A stretch of 62,813 nt of DNA, counting the filler, from Malassezia furfur (Eukaryota): NCBI GenBank assembly GCA_052055015.1. It is 33 parts of 33 records of this genome, joined end to end, with 100 filler letters (N's around TTAATTAATTAA, not from the genome) between each part and the next. Parts side by side here need not be neighbours in the genome. Positions count along the whole stretch, not along the records: positions 44,281 to 46,056 come from JBQJIT010001052.1; positions 46,157 to 47,927 come from JBQJIT010001053.1; positions 48,028 to 49,796 come from JBQJIT010001054.1; positions 49,897 to 51,664 come from JBQJIT010001055.1; positions 51,765 to 53,529 come from JBQJIT010001056.1; positions 53,630 to 55,391 come from JBQJIT010001057.1; positions 55,492 to 57,252 come from JBQJIT010001058.1; 26 more parts are not named here. One strand, 5' to 3'. The notes below the pieces were generated by a model. The model was not told the origin of the DNA. It did no database searches and saw only the letters and a program-made list of their open reading frames with translations. The position numbers were made by a program, and so were the translations under genes. Shown here piece by piece: positions 45,226-56,450 of this stretch (position 1 is the first letter of the stretch; every line of letters begins with the position of its first letter).

Positions 45226-46056
45226 CTAGGGCGCGGCCCACGTCTGCGCGATGCGCCGCGCGGGCGCATCGTAGTGCACGAGCGCCACCTCGACGGGCGC
45301 GCCGAGCGCCGCAAGCACCGCCGGCACAGGGCGCGCCGACGCGCCGCTCGTCACCGTCGTTGTGCTCGCGCTCGTGGGCGCCTCGTGCGGCGAGCGACTC
45401 GCCAGTGTCACGGTCTGATCCGCGTCAAAGCCCGCCGAGTACGACCGCGAGAGCGGCGAGCGCGTCGCACCCACGCCGCCCGCATCCGGCACAGGCGACT
45501 TCGACTGCTGCTGCTGCTGCTGCCGCTCGCGGCGGCGCGCGAGCCACGACGACGCAGAGCGGCCGTCGGACGAAGTCGAGCGCTGCGACTCGCTGCGCTC
45601 GAGGTGCCGCGTAAAGTCGTTCAGTTTCATGGGCGGTAGCACAAACCCGCCGTGGTGCACGACGGTGTGCGTCTCGCGGCCGCCGGCCGTGTCCTGCACC
45701 TTCTCCTGCGGGAGATCCGCCGGGGACTGCACCAGCCGCCAGACGGCGCTCTGCACAGTCTGCGGCGTGTTGTAGCCTTCGGACGAGCGCTCGGAGAACG
45801 CCTCGGGCGCGGTGTACATCGTGGTTGCCTGGCTGCTCACCGGCGAAAACACGCCCGCAAACGGCGCGTTCGCCGGCGAGCCGGCAAGGCTCGCGATCGG
45901 CGACAGCGAGTCGAGCGGCTCCTTGCTGCCCGGCCGCTGCGTCAGTGCGTTCCACGCCTCGATACTCATGGGCGGCGCAGTGGCAGGCGCGCCGGCGCGC
46001 GCGCCCACGTCGGCCCCCGGCAGCGCGGGCGACCGATACGCGCCAGGGACGGACGG
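45226..46056 (-). CDS. 3' part of a Ser/Pro-rich unidentified protein
   Basis: Open frame with a polyQ run, converging on the carrier gene. Confidence 0.55.
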   Translation of the reverse strand, partial: PSVPGAYRSPALPGADVGARAGAPATAPPMSIEAWNALTQRPGSKEPLDSLSPIASLAGSPANAPFAGVFSPVSSQATTMYTAPEAFSERSSEGYNTPQTVQSAVWRLVQSPADLPQEKVQDTAGGRETHTVVHHGGFVLPPMKLNDFTRHLERSESQRSTSSDGRSASSWLARRRERQQQQQQSKSPVPDAGGVGATRSPLSRSYSAGFDADQTVTLASRSPHEAPTSASTTTVTSGASARPVPAVLAALGAPVEVALVHYDAPARRIAQTWAAP

Positions 46057-46157
46057 NNNNNNNNNNNNNNNNNNNNNNNNNNNNNNNNNNNNNNNNNNNN
46101 TTAATTAATTAANNNNNNNNNNNNNNNNNNNNNNNNNNNNNNNNNNNNNNNNNNNNC

Positions 46158-47660
46158 GAGCGCGCCCATGTGACGCCGACGCGCGCCGAGCTCGACTCGT
46201 TCATGGCGTCGCGCGCCGCTGAGCTGCGCGCGCCCGCGCCGGCGGTCGCGCACGCCGCACGCACCGCTGAGCCCGACGCGGGCTACTCGGAGCTGCAGGC
46301 GTTCTGGGCGCAGGAGGACGCGGCGCGGGCCGAGCGCGAGCAGGCCGAGGCGCAGCGGCGCGATGCGTTTGTGGGCGACGGCGGCGACGTGCGTGCGCGC
46401 ATGCGCGAGGACGAGGCGGCGGCGCAAGCGGCCGGGCGCGCCGCGAACGACGACCCGATCGCCGCCGAGTTCCACAAGTGGAACGGTCTGGGTGCCAACG
46501 TGTCGGCGACGGCGCCCGGCTGGGAAGAGGACGTGATGCACGACCCGCGTGCGCAGGAGACCGACGACAACCAAGACTTTGTCGGGCGCGCATGGACCGG
46601 CATGCAAGGGCGCGGGCAGATGGGCGCGCAGGAGCGCGAGTGGGCGCAGCTGCAGAGCGACTGGGACGAGTTTGAGGCGCGCGAAGACGGCATTGCGCAC
46701 GGCGGCGACACGGACGAGGGGGCACAGACCGCGTTCCCGTATGCGGCGCCAGCCTACCGCTTCCACGAGAGCAATCCGTACCGCACGCGCACGCACCAGC
46801 ACGCGATGCACGCCTCGACCGCGAGCCACGAGGACAGTGTACTGGAGCACGAGGCGGCGGTGCAGGCGGATCCCGGCAAGGCCGAGGCGTGGTACAACCT
46901 CGGCCTGCGGCAGCAGGAAAACGAGCGGGAGACGCAGGCGATTGCGGCGCTGCGCAAGGCCGTCGCGCTGGACCCGCACTTGAAGGATGCGTGGCTCGCG
47001 CTTGCCGTGAGCTACACGAACGAAAACGAACGCAGCGCGGCGCTCGAGTCGATCGAGCGGTGGATCGCGTCGAACGAGCGGTACGCCGAGGTGGTGCGGA
47101 AGCATGCGCCGCGTACCGATGACCGGCACAAGCGGCTTGCGAGCCTGCTGATGGCCATGGCGCGCTCAGGGCTCGGCGACGCGCCGCTCGACGCCGACGT
47201 CCAGGTGGCGCTCGGCGTGCTGTTCAACTCGTGCAGCGAGTTTGACAAGGCCGTCGACTGCTTCAGCGCAGCGCTGAGCGCGCGCCCGGACGACTGGCTG
47301 CTGTACAACCGCATTGGCGCGACGCTGAGCAACTCGGGGCGCTCGCGCGAGTCGCTCGAGTACTACCACCAGGCGCTCAGCTTGCGCCCGGGCTTTGCGC
47401 GCTGCCACTTTAATCTGAGCATCTCGTGCCTGAACCTCAAGATGTACCAGGACGCGGCCGAGCACGCGTACACCGCACTCGCCCTCCAGCATGCCTCGGA
47501 CGAGGAGCAGGCGCCCGAGGAGCTGCGTGGCGCGCAGAACCGCTCGCTCTGGGAGATTTTGCGCGTCTCGCTCGAGCTGCTCCAGCGCCCCGACCTCGCG
47601 CGCAAGTGCGAGACGCGCGATATCAACGCGCTGCAGCTGGAGGACATTGTGGGTATGTAG
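46158..47660 (+). CDS. PEX5: PTS1 receptor Pex5-family TPR protein (5' truncated)
   Basis: YRFHESNPY, AWYNLGLRQQENERE, AWLALAVSYTNE, DVQVALGVLFN, LYNRIGATLSNSGRS...ALSLRPGFARCHFNL. Confidence 0.92.
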   Translation, partial: ERAHVTPTRAELDSFMASRAAELRAPAPAVAHAARTAEPDAGYSELQAFWAQEDAARAEREQAEAQRRDAFVGDGGDVRARMREDEAAAQAAGRAANDDPIAAEFHKWNGLGANVSATAPGWEEDVMHDPRAQETDDNQDFVGRAWTGMQGRGQMGAQEREWAQLQSDWDEFEAREDGIAHGGDTDEGAQTAFPYAAPAYRFHESNPYRTRTHQHAMHASTASHEDSVLEHEAAVQADPGKAEAWYNLGLRQQENERETQAIAALRKAVALDPHLKDAWLALAVSYTNENERSAALESIERWIASNERYAEVVRKHAPRTDDRHKRLASLLMAMARSGLGDAPLDADVQVALGVLFNSCSEFDKAVDCFSAALSARPDDWLLYNRIGATLSNSGRSRESLEYYHQALSLRPGFARCHFNLSISCLNLKMYQDAAEHAYTALALQHASDEEQAPEELRGAQNRSLWEILRVSLELLQRPDLARKCETRDINALQLEDIVGM

Positions 47661-47844
47661 CGCAGGTAGGCGTAGAAGCACCCTCGCACGCAACGCATGG
47701 GGATCCGGCAGCGGCCTGGCCGGCGCCGCTGCCTTCCGGCGGCGCTTGCCTCCGCGCGCCTTCCCCCACCTCCACGCGCCTCCACGCGCCTCCACCTGGG
47801 CACGCGGCCTCCACGCGTGCACGACAACTGCTCAGGCACCGGGC

Positions 47845-47927
47845 ATGGCGCAGTCGCTTCGCGAGGCCGCGCAGCGCGCGCTGCTCGACGATGGGCGCCC
47901 CGATGAGGCGATCACGGTGAACCAGCG
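47845..47927 (+). CDS. Possible 5' end of a gene
   Basis: MAQSLREAAQRALLDDGRPDEAITVNQ, open to the contig end. Confidence 0.35.
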
Positions 47928-48029
47928 NNNNNNNNNNNNNNNNNNNNNNNNNNNNNNNNNNNNNNNNNNNNTTAATTAATTAANNNNNNNNNNNNNNNNN
48001 NNNNNNNNNNNNNNNNNNNNNNNNNNNCG

Positions 48030-48674
48030 CGCCGTGACGCGCGCACGACACCGACGCTGCCGCTACGGCCTCGCACATCGACGCCGCGCGCCGCGCCGTC
48101 CGACGCGCACACCGGCGGCAGCAGCGCCGACGCAGATTCACGCGCGTCGGCTACCTATACCAACGACGCATCGACGACCGACGTGCCGCGGCCGTCGAGC
48201 TCGTCGAGCGCGAGCGCGACGCCGCAGCGGAGGCCAACGCGGCGCGACGAAGCGTCGCCGACGGCGACCCCGACGTTTCCCTGGCAGCAAGGGTGGAGCG
48301 AGCAGCTGCCGCGCTACCGGGAGCTGGCCAAGATGACGCCCGCGCCACCGTCACCCGCGACGCCGCAGTGCTCGGCGCGGCTGCAGCGCAAGCGCGATCC
48401 ATTTGCGGACGTCGAGCACGTGTGGCGAGATGCAGTGGATACACCGTCTATGCACCGCACGAAACGTGCGCGGCCGCTATCTACGCAGACGACGCTGGAG
48501 TCGTTTTTGCTGGCGGCGCCGCGCGCGGGCGACGCGGGCGGGTCGTCGTCGCTCCCGACGTCGCCGACGTCATCGACGTCCAGTGTGCCCGGCGAGGAGC
48601 CGGAGGAGCTTGCGCCCGCGGCGAAGCGGTGGGTGCGCATGCTGGGCTCGTCGCCGACGCACTGGTACGACTAA
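48030..48674 (+). CDS. 3' part of an unidentified Ser/Pro-rich protein
   Basis: Frame open from the contig start to TAA at 48672-48674. Confidence 0.55.
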   Translation, partial: RRDARTTPTLPLRPRTSTPRAAPSDAHTGGSSADADSRASATYTNDASTTDVPRPSSSSSASATPQRRPTRRDEASPTATPTFPWQQGWSEQLPRYRELAKMTPAPPSPATPQCSARLQRKRDPFADVEHVWRDAVDTPSMHRTKRARPLSTQTTLESFLLAAPRAGDAGGSSSLPTSPTSSTSSVPGEEPEELAPAAKRWVRMLGSSPTHWYD

Positions 48675-48886
48675 GGCTCGAGCGCACGCAGCTTGGCGTC
48701 GACGACGTCCGGGACCGGGCAGTTCGGCGTGCGTGCGTCGTTCCCGTGGCGTTCGTAGAAGTCTTTACAGCATCGGTGCAGGTCGCGCACGATGTGGTTG
48801 CAGCGTTCTTGCTGGAACTGGTTGCGCTGGATGCACGTCTGGATCGCGCACGCCAGGCGCTGGCACGGGGGCTCGCGCTCGGGCAT
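48671..48886 (-). CDS. CMC4: Twin Cx9C mitochondrial IMS protein Cmc4
   Basis: MPEREPPCQRLACAIQTCIQRNQFQQERCNHIVRDLHRCCKDFY...CP, 71 aa. Confidence 0.9.
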   Translation of the reverse strand: MPEREPPCQRLACAIQTCIQRNQFQQERCNHIVRDLHRCCKDFYERHGNDARTPNCPVPDVVDAKLRALEP

Positions 48887-49034
48887 GATCGCGCGTGGCC
48901 CGATCGGGCAGGCTGGACCGATGCGGCGTTTTTGGCCGAACGCGGTAAGTCGACGTGTGGAGGCGGCCGATCGCGGGGCGGCGGGCGGCCCGATGCGCGG
49001 CGACGCCGCGGGTGCGGCTTGGCCTCCGCAATCG

Positions 49035-49796
49035 ATGTCGACCGCGCGCAGCGATGGGACGGGCGCCGCGACGCCCCTAATTCTTCTGCGCTCCGAGGCG
49101 CCGTTGCCGCAGTTCTGTGTGCCGTTCCCCCTGCCGCCGCCTGAGACGGACAGCTCGGCGCTGCGGCTCGCGGCGCTGCGCATCCTGTCCGGCGGGACGA
49201 TGGCCGAGGCGACGCAGCCGCTCACCTACAGCGAGCAGCTCAAGCAGGTCACCATCCAGGGCTGGCGGCTCAAGATGCTCGAGCTCGTCCAGGTGCAGGG
49301 CGGCAGCGCGGGCCCCGAGGACGACGAGGTCCCGCTCGGCCTCCTGCTCACCGACGAGCACAAGTGCGGCGCGCTCGAGCACGGCGACGAGATCGTCGTC
49401 CGCCTCGCGCGCGGGCACTCGCTCGCGGACCTGCAGCTCCCGCCGCTCCCCGCCGACTACGACTTCGCCGCCGCCGCGCAGCAGCCCCACTCGGCCGCCG
49501 CGCCGACGACCTACACCCTCGCGCGCCCGACGGAGCCGTCGTCGCACTCGTCGTCCGTGCAGGCGAACCCGACGACCAACTTCCACGCGTACTCGTACCC
49601 CGACTACCGCAACGGGTACCGCGTCGTCGTCGCCCCGGGCGTGCACAACGGCGTCGGCTACCGCGGCGCGCCGCCCGGCGTCGCACAGCGCACAGCGGCG
49701 CCCGGGAGCGCCGACGCGAACCGCGCGGTGCAGACGCACCAGCTCGCCGCGCTCACGAGCATGGCGCGCGCCAACAGCGCCGCGGGCGACGAGGCG
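49035..49796 (+). CDS. 5' part of an unidentified protein with a compact N-terminal domain
   Basis: MSTARSDG..LILLRSEAPLPQFCVPFPL...GLLLTDEHKCGALEHGDEIVVRL, followed by low-complexity sequence. Confidence 0.6.
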
Positions 49797-49896
49797 NNNN
49801 NNNNNNNNNNNNNNNNNNNNNNNNNNNNNNNNNNNNNNNNTTAATTAATTAANNNNNNNNNNNNNNNNNNNNNNNNNNNNNNNNNNNNNNNNNNNN

Positions 49897-51664
49897 GCTG
49901 GGGCCTCGGGGCTCGGTGCGGCCTCGGGCGCGGGCGACGCGCTGGCGGTGCGTGCGGGCGCCTTGAGCTTGAGCACGCGGCGCGGCGCGTCGTGCGCGGG
50001 CTCCGGGTCGGCGTCGGCGTCGGCGTCCTCGGCCGAGCGCCCGGCGGCGGCGCGTGCCTCGGCCTGCTCGAGCGTCTTGGAGATGCGGTTCCACAGCTGG
50101 CGGAAGGCGGCCTCGGAGCGCGCGGCCTCGTAGTGGATCCACGTCTTGGGGTCTGGGGTGTAGGTGCGCGCGTTGCGGAAGATCAGCTCGACGTCCTCCT
50201 TGAACTGGAAGCGGTCGCTGTACTGCCCCGACTGCAGCTTGTTGGCGACCGAGTTGAGGTCCATGGGGTGCTTGATCACGTCGAAGTAGTCGGGCGCCTC
50301 GTCGCGCACCGGGTCGACCGGGTGCAGGAACGGCGCGCAGTGTTTGTTGGCCATGAGCCGCTGGATGCAGTTGCGGCACGCGGTGACGTCCGACGACGAC
50401 ATGCCGCGTGCCTTGGCGGCCTCGACGGGGCGCGGCTTCTTGGCCTTGGGCGTCTTGGGCAGCACGACGCGCAGCGCCGGCTGGGTGGGCGGCGCGCGCT
50501 CGGGCGCCTGCGGCGCCTGCGGCGCGTTCTTGATGAGCAGCTTGATGCGCTGTGCGCCGCTCTGCTCCGCGGGCGCGACGGCCTCCGGGCGCGGCGGCGG
50601 GCGCGCCTCCTCGGCGGGCTTGAAGAGCAGCTCGGCGAGGTGCAGCAGCGCGCGGCGCGTCGGGGCGTCGGCGGCGCCCGCGGCGGCGTACGCGGCGAGG
50701 AAGCCGTCGCGCACGGACGCCGAGCGCCCGATCTCGCGGCGGAGGAACTTGAGCATGGCGTCGTGCTGCGCCTCGTCGTGGATGCGCTGCGCCTCCTGCT
50801 CGCCGAGGTTGTCGATCGGCGACGCGGCGTGCTCCTGGAGCGTGTCGTGTGCGTCGGCGCGCTTCGGCGTCCAGCCGAGCTCGCCCGTGGCGATCGCGAC
50901 CGCGAGCGCGTCGCACAGGCCGCGCGCAAGGTGCATGCGCACCGTGTCGTCGTCGTCGGTGGCGAGCAGCGCGAAGTAGTAGCGCGCGAGGACGCGGTGG
51001 TGCAGGCCGCGCAGGAGGAGCAGCGCGTTGAGCGCGGCGATGCGCACCGGCGCAAAGTTGCCCTCGCGCGTGTACCCGAGGAAGGGCGCGAGGCGGACCG
51101 GGCGCAGGTTCGCAAACGTCAGCGCGAGCTGGAAGTCGAGCGCCGCGAGCGTCACGACGTTGTGGAACGACGGCACGAGGCGGTCGAGCTCCTGCAGGCG
51201 CTCGACCTCGGCGACGGCTGCGGCGCGCAGCGCGACCTCCTCGTCGGAGTACTCGTCGTCGATGCCCGGCGTGCGCGCCGACAGCGCGCCGGTGTCGGCC
51301 GGGACGAGCGTCGCGGCGAGCGCGTTGATGATCGACGCGAGGTAGAAGTCGTCGACGTACTTGTTCGTCGAGTTGTCGTTGTACGTGAGCAGGTCGACGA
51401 GGAAGCGCTGGACGCGCGGCAGCGCCTTGCCCTGGTGGTCGCGCACGCGGGCGATGGCGTGGATGAGCGCGCGGCGCACAAAGTACTCGGCCCAGTCGGA
51501 GAAGTCGTTCGGGCGCGGGATGCACGGCGCGTCGAGCGCGGTGCGGTCGCCGTGCTCCGCCGGGAGGTCGAAGCAGTACGCGGTGCGGAACAGGAGGAGC
51601 AGGTGGAAGAGGCCGAGCAGGTCGAGGTGCGGCAGCGCGCAGTTCGCGAGGCCGTACGCGGCCT
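49897..51664 (-). CDS. TAF2: TFIID subunit Taf2 with C-terminal bromodomain (internal fragment)
   Basis: IPRPNDFSDWAEYFVRRAL, LLTYNDNSTNKYVDDFYLA, LDRLVPSFHNVVT, then PFLHPVDPVRDEAPDYFDVIKHPMDL...LIFRNARTY. Confidence 0.92.
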
Positions 51665-51766
51665 NNNNNNNNNNNNNNNNNNNNNNNNNNNNNNNNNNNN
51701 NNNNNNNNTTAATTAATTAANNNNNNNNNNNNNNNNNNNNNNNNNNNNNNNNNNNNNNNNNNNNCG

Positions 51767-53529
51767 CGCGGCCCGCCTGCCGACGCCGTCGAGGCGCTCG
51801 TCGCCGAGGCCAAGCGCCGGCAGCACAGCGCGGTCGACGCCGCGGCCGACGCCGATGCGTCGACCGAGTCGAGCCGAGCGCTACGTCCGCTGCGTTTAAG
51901 CAGCCTAAATGCGAGCGGCACGCCGCTGCTTGGCACGACGCGGCGCACGAGTGCCGCGCTGCCGAAAGCCGCGCGCCGTGCGTCCAACATTTATTACAAG
52001 CCAGCACAGGCGGCACAGGCGGCGCAGGCGACGCAGACCGATGCCGCCGCGCCGCGTGGCCACCATGCGCCGAGCACACGCAGTGCCCAGTCCTCCAATA
52101 CTTCGTGGCCGCTCACGGACGCGGCGGGCAGTGCGCTGTTCAGCCCCCGCTCGGCGGCGTCCGACTCGCCCGGCGCGACGAGTATCGAATCGAGCGACCA
52201 CACCCCGAAACGTGCGCCGCGGCCGACGGCGCCCGCGCCCGAGCCTGTGCTGGCGCGCGTGCAGTCCGAGCTGCACGCGGAGCGCGAGCGCCATTTGCAC
52301 GAGATCACCGAGCTCCAGCGCGAGGTGGAAGAGGTGCGACATGTCATGGGTGCACAGCTCGCCGGCGTTGCTGGTGCGCGCGATGCGGCCGAGGCGCGTG
52401 TTGCCACGCTTGAGGCGGACACGGCGCAGCTGCGCGAGCGGCTTGAAGAGGCCGAAGGCGTACGTGACATGTATGCGGACGACGTTGAAGGCTGGCGACG
52501 GCGGTGCAACGACCTGGAGCAGACGATCCGCACGCAGCAGCTGCGCTTCAAGCAGGAGCAGGCGTGGCGCAGCGCCGCGATGAAGCGTATGCAGGCGCTG
52601 TCGAACCGGCTCAAGACGCACGAGGGCTCGTTTGACTCGACGTCCAGCTCGCAATTTGGCGCGCTGAGCAACGTGTCGAGCGTGTCGTCCGCGAGCCTTG
52701 TGGACGGCGCATGGGACGGTGTGCCGGAGCTGCCGACGCTGCCCGAGATGCCCTCGGAGGAAGAACTGGGCGACTGGTCGTCGCAGGTCGCACGCCAGCT
52801 GTCCAAGCAGCCACCCGAGACGACCGCGCCGCAGGACCTCGCGCCCGAAACCGTGCATCTGCTTGCCGACATGCGGCAGCAGATCATGGGCCTCTACGCG
52901 GAGCTCAAGCTCGAGCAGTCGAACCACGAGCTGACGCGCTCGCAGCTGCGCGACGCCCAGCATGCCCAGGCCATGCAGCCCGGCGCGTTTGCGGGTGTGG
53001 CGTCGCCCGTGACCACATTTACGCCCGCCGACGTGTCGCAGACGTCGAGCGCCGCATCGAGTGCCCCGCCGAGCGTTTCGACGCCGCGCTCGCGTACCTC
53101 GTCTGCGTCGCGGCGCCGGCGTCAGGCCTTCCTGCGCGACGACGGCACGAGCGGCTCGCAGAGCACCACACGCTCGCACACCTCCTCGCTCGACCCCGGC
53201 GAGACGACGGCCGACGTGCTGTTTGCGTCGCACGGCAAGAACTCGTCGCTCGTAGGCCTCGGCCTGGGGCCGCCTCCGCGGCGTTCCGCGACCGCCGAGC
53301 GCTGGGACTCGGTCGACGCGACGCCGCGCCCTGACGCGGTGCGTGCGACGCGCGACGAGCCCGCGTGGCCCGAAACGAGCCAGGACACCTCGTGGCTCGA
53401 CGAGGACTCGCTGTGGGCCGGCCAGGAAGCGGCGGCGCACCCGAACGAGACGCCGCGCCCGTCAACGGTGCACGCCGATGCCGTGACGGCCGCCGCTGCC
53501 TCGACGCCGGAGCCGACGCGCGCGGCGCC
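51767..53529 (+). CDS. Coiled-coil protein, unidentified (internal fragment)
   Basis: Frame open across the contig, with heptad-rich segments (ERERHLHEITELQREVEE, WRRRCNDLEQTIR, LYAELKLEQSNHELTRSQL). Confidence 0.65.
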
Positions 53530-53629
53530 NNNNNNNNNNNNNNNNNNNNNNNNNNNNNNNNNNNNNNNNNNNNTTAATTAATTAANNNNNNNNNNNNNNN
53601 NNNNNNNNNNNNNNNNNNNNNNNNNNNNN

Positions 53630-55391
53630 CGGGCGCCCGCGGACGCGGCGCCCGAGTGGGACCCGTGGTGCGACCTGCTCGGCGACCTGCTTGTGCCGAT
53701 CGCGCCCTTCTTCAAAATGTACACGCTGTTTATGCAGAACTTTGCCGGCGCGATGCAGTGCCTCGCGGACGAGCGCGCGACGAACGAGCGCTTCGCCGCG
53801 TTCCTGCACCGCGCCGAGCTGGACGCCGCGGCGCTCGGCGGCGGCGCCGAGCTCGGCTTGCAGGCGCAGCTGCTCACCCTCGTGCAGCGCGTGCCGCGCT
53901 ACCGCCTGCTGCTCCAGCAGCTGCTCCACCATACGCCCACGTGGCATGCGGACCATGCGCCGCTGCAGCGCACGTACGAGCTCGTGGACGCGACCGCCGC
54001 GGCGATCAACGAGCACGTGCGGCAGCAGGAGCTCACGCTCGTCGCGCTGTCGCTGCAGCGCACGCTCGTCGGCCTCGACGAGCCGCTCGTCGCGCCGGGC
54101 CGCCGGCTGCTGCGCCACGGCACCCTGCTCAAGACGCGCCGCAAGGACATCCAGCCGCGGCACGTGTACCTCTTCTCCGACTGCCTGCTCGTAGCCAGTG
54201 CCGCGCACACGCTCGGCGACGCGCCGCGCGCCGACGAGGACGCGCCTGCGCCCCCTGACGCGCCGTGGCCGCTGCTGAGCGGCGGCGCGTCGCTCTACCT
54301 CACGCACAAGCTGCCGCTCGCCGCGTGCACCGTCGTGGCGTACGACGAGACCGTGCCGCCGATGCGCCCGGGCCTCCCGCAGTCGATGAGCATGCCGGAC
54401 CTGAGCGCGAGCGCGGGCGGCGCCACGCTGCAGCTGCGGCACCGCTTCGACGTGCACTCGCCGCAGTGCAGCTTCTCGCTGTACGCGTCGACCGCCGACG
54501 CCAAGCGCGCGTGGATCACGGCGATCCGCGAGGCGCACGCAGACCACATCGCCGCGATGCGTTCGCTGCGCAAGACGCGCGACGCCGCATCGCCGCAGCG
54601 GCGCTGCTCGTCGACGAGCTCGACGAGCAGCAGCGGCCTGTCGCACCTGAGCGAGCTCGAGGCGCCCACGCCCGCGACGCCGCGCGCCGTCTCGCGGCCA
54701 CGCACGCCAACGGCCGCGCACGCGGGCGCCGACGCGTCGCCGCTCGCGACGCCGCGCGCCGTGCCGGTGCTCGAGCACTACCATGCGCCCGTGTGGGTGC
54801 CCGATAGCGTCGCAGTGCGGTGCACGCGGTGCGCCGAGCCGTTCACGCTCTGGCGCCGGCGGCACCACTGCCGCCTGTGCGGCCACGTCTTTTGCGGCGC
54901 GTGCTCGGCGGCGGCGGTGCGTGTGCCGCCGAGCGCCGACGGCGGCAGCAGCGTGCGTGCGCGTGCGTGCGTCGCGTGCTATGCGTACGCGTGCCGCGCG
55001 GCGACCGCGCTCGACACGCCGGCCGCGCCGAGCGAGGCGAGCGACGACGCGCCGCTGCCTACGAACCCCCGTCTCTCCACCGCTACGACGACGCCAACCC
55101 TCCGTCTGGTGCTCGACCAGACGCATTCTGATGATCATGCCCCTCATACTAGCTCCCCCCCGCCCCACACGACCCCCGTCGCGCGCAGGAGGCACACACG
55201 CCGCTGGTCGGTCGTGTCGGTGCCCCTGTCGGCCGGCGCCGAGGACGGTGCGCCGTCGTGCCACGTGCATGCGTCCACCGCAGGCACGCTCACGCTCGAG
55301 CTGCACGAGCGCACGTACGCACCTGCCTGCCGCCCACGTCTCCGGTGGCGCCGCGCTCGCACGCCGCGCAGTGGCTCCATACGATGCTGCA
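53630..55391 (+). CDS. FGD/frabin-like RhoGEF (DH-PH-FYVE), partial
   Basis: IAPFFKMY, LLTLVQRVPRYRLLL, PGRRLLRHGTL..YLFSDCLL, and FYVE WVPD..CTRC..FTLWRRRHHCRLCGHVFCGACS..RACVAC. Confidence 0.92.
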
Positions 55392-55491
55392 NNNNNNNNN
55401 NNNNNNNNNNNNNNNNNNNNNNNNNNNNNNNNNNNTTAATTAATTAANNNNNNNNNNNNNNNNNNNNNNNNNNNNNNNNNNNNNNNNNNNN

Positions 55492-56450
55492 ACGCGTCCC
55501 AGAGGCGGTGGCGGCGGCACGCCGCCGCTCGACGCGCTGCTCGCGCTCGACGCCGAGGCACTCCTCGACGCGCTCGACGTCGCGTTCGAAGGCGAGCTCT
55601 TCGACGAGGACCGCGCGGCCGCCGCGCACACGCCGACGCGCCGCGACTGGGTCGACGCGCTCTTGGCGGCGCACGCGCACCTCGCGCCGAGCGGCGCCGC
55701 GTTCGTCGCGCTGTTCGTCGCCCGCAACTCGGCCAAGTACCCGCAGTTTGTGCAGCTGCGCGCCGACGAGGTGCGCGCCGTATTTGCGACGCTCACGCGC
55801 CCCACGAGCTCGCCGGCGCCCGCCGACTGCGAGCTCGGCCTCGAGTGCCTGTTCTCCGCGTACGCGCTGCCGTGGGACGACGCCGAGGTGCGTGCGGCGC
55901 TGCGCACCGCGCAGTACTGGCGCGTGTACGAGTATGCACTGCGCAAGGCGCACGACCTCGACGCGCTCCTCCGCTTCTTCCTCACCGACGAGGACGGCGA
56001 GCACCACACGCCGGGCCAGCTGTACAGCCGCGTCGCACAGCTCGCGCCCTGGCCGGCGTTTGGCGCGCGCCTGCGCCCCGCGCTGCTCGACACGCTCGCC
56101 GACGTGCCCGACTCGCTCCTGGGCGACGTGGCGCGCATCGCGACGCGCTTTGCGCCCCACGACACCCTCGACCTGCTCGCGGCGCTCGCGGACGCGCCGC
56201 AGCGGCAGTACCTGTACCTCGCGCCCTTCTTCCCGCTCGACGCACGCACCGAGCCGCGCGCCGAGCTCAAGCGCGCATGGGTCGCGCTCGTCGCGCACTT
56301 CTGCCCCGCGACGCTCGCGACGCACCTCGAGGCGCGCGCGCCGACGTTCTTTGACCTCGCGCAGGTCGTCGACGTCGCGCGCACGCACCGCATCTACGAC
56401 GCGCTCCTCCTCGCGCACACGTGGCGCGACGAGGCGCACGAGGCGCGCGC
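55492..56450 (+). CDS. Vps8-like (CORVET) alpha-solenoid segment
   Basis: LLALDAEALLDALDVAFEGELF, ALFVARNSAKYPQF, ELGLECLFSAY, QYLYL, WVALVAHFCP..LATHL. It is in frame with the SMC1 segment. Confidence 0.7.

Noticed and set aside
10356..47660. Apparent peroxisome, cohesin or nucleotide-sugar gene clusters (SCP2, carrier and PEX5; PDS5 and SMC1; UGD1 and QRI1)
   Set aside because: The genes lie on different unlinked contigs.
47653..47675. Possible terminal intron in PEX5 (GTATGT...TAG)
   Set aside because: There is no CTVAC branch site, and the reading frame already ends plausibly.
47769..47818. CCTCCACGCG short repeats
   Set aside because: A few simple intergenic copies with no spacers or structure; not CRISPR-like.
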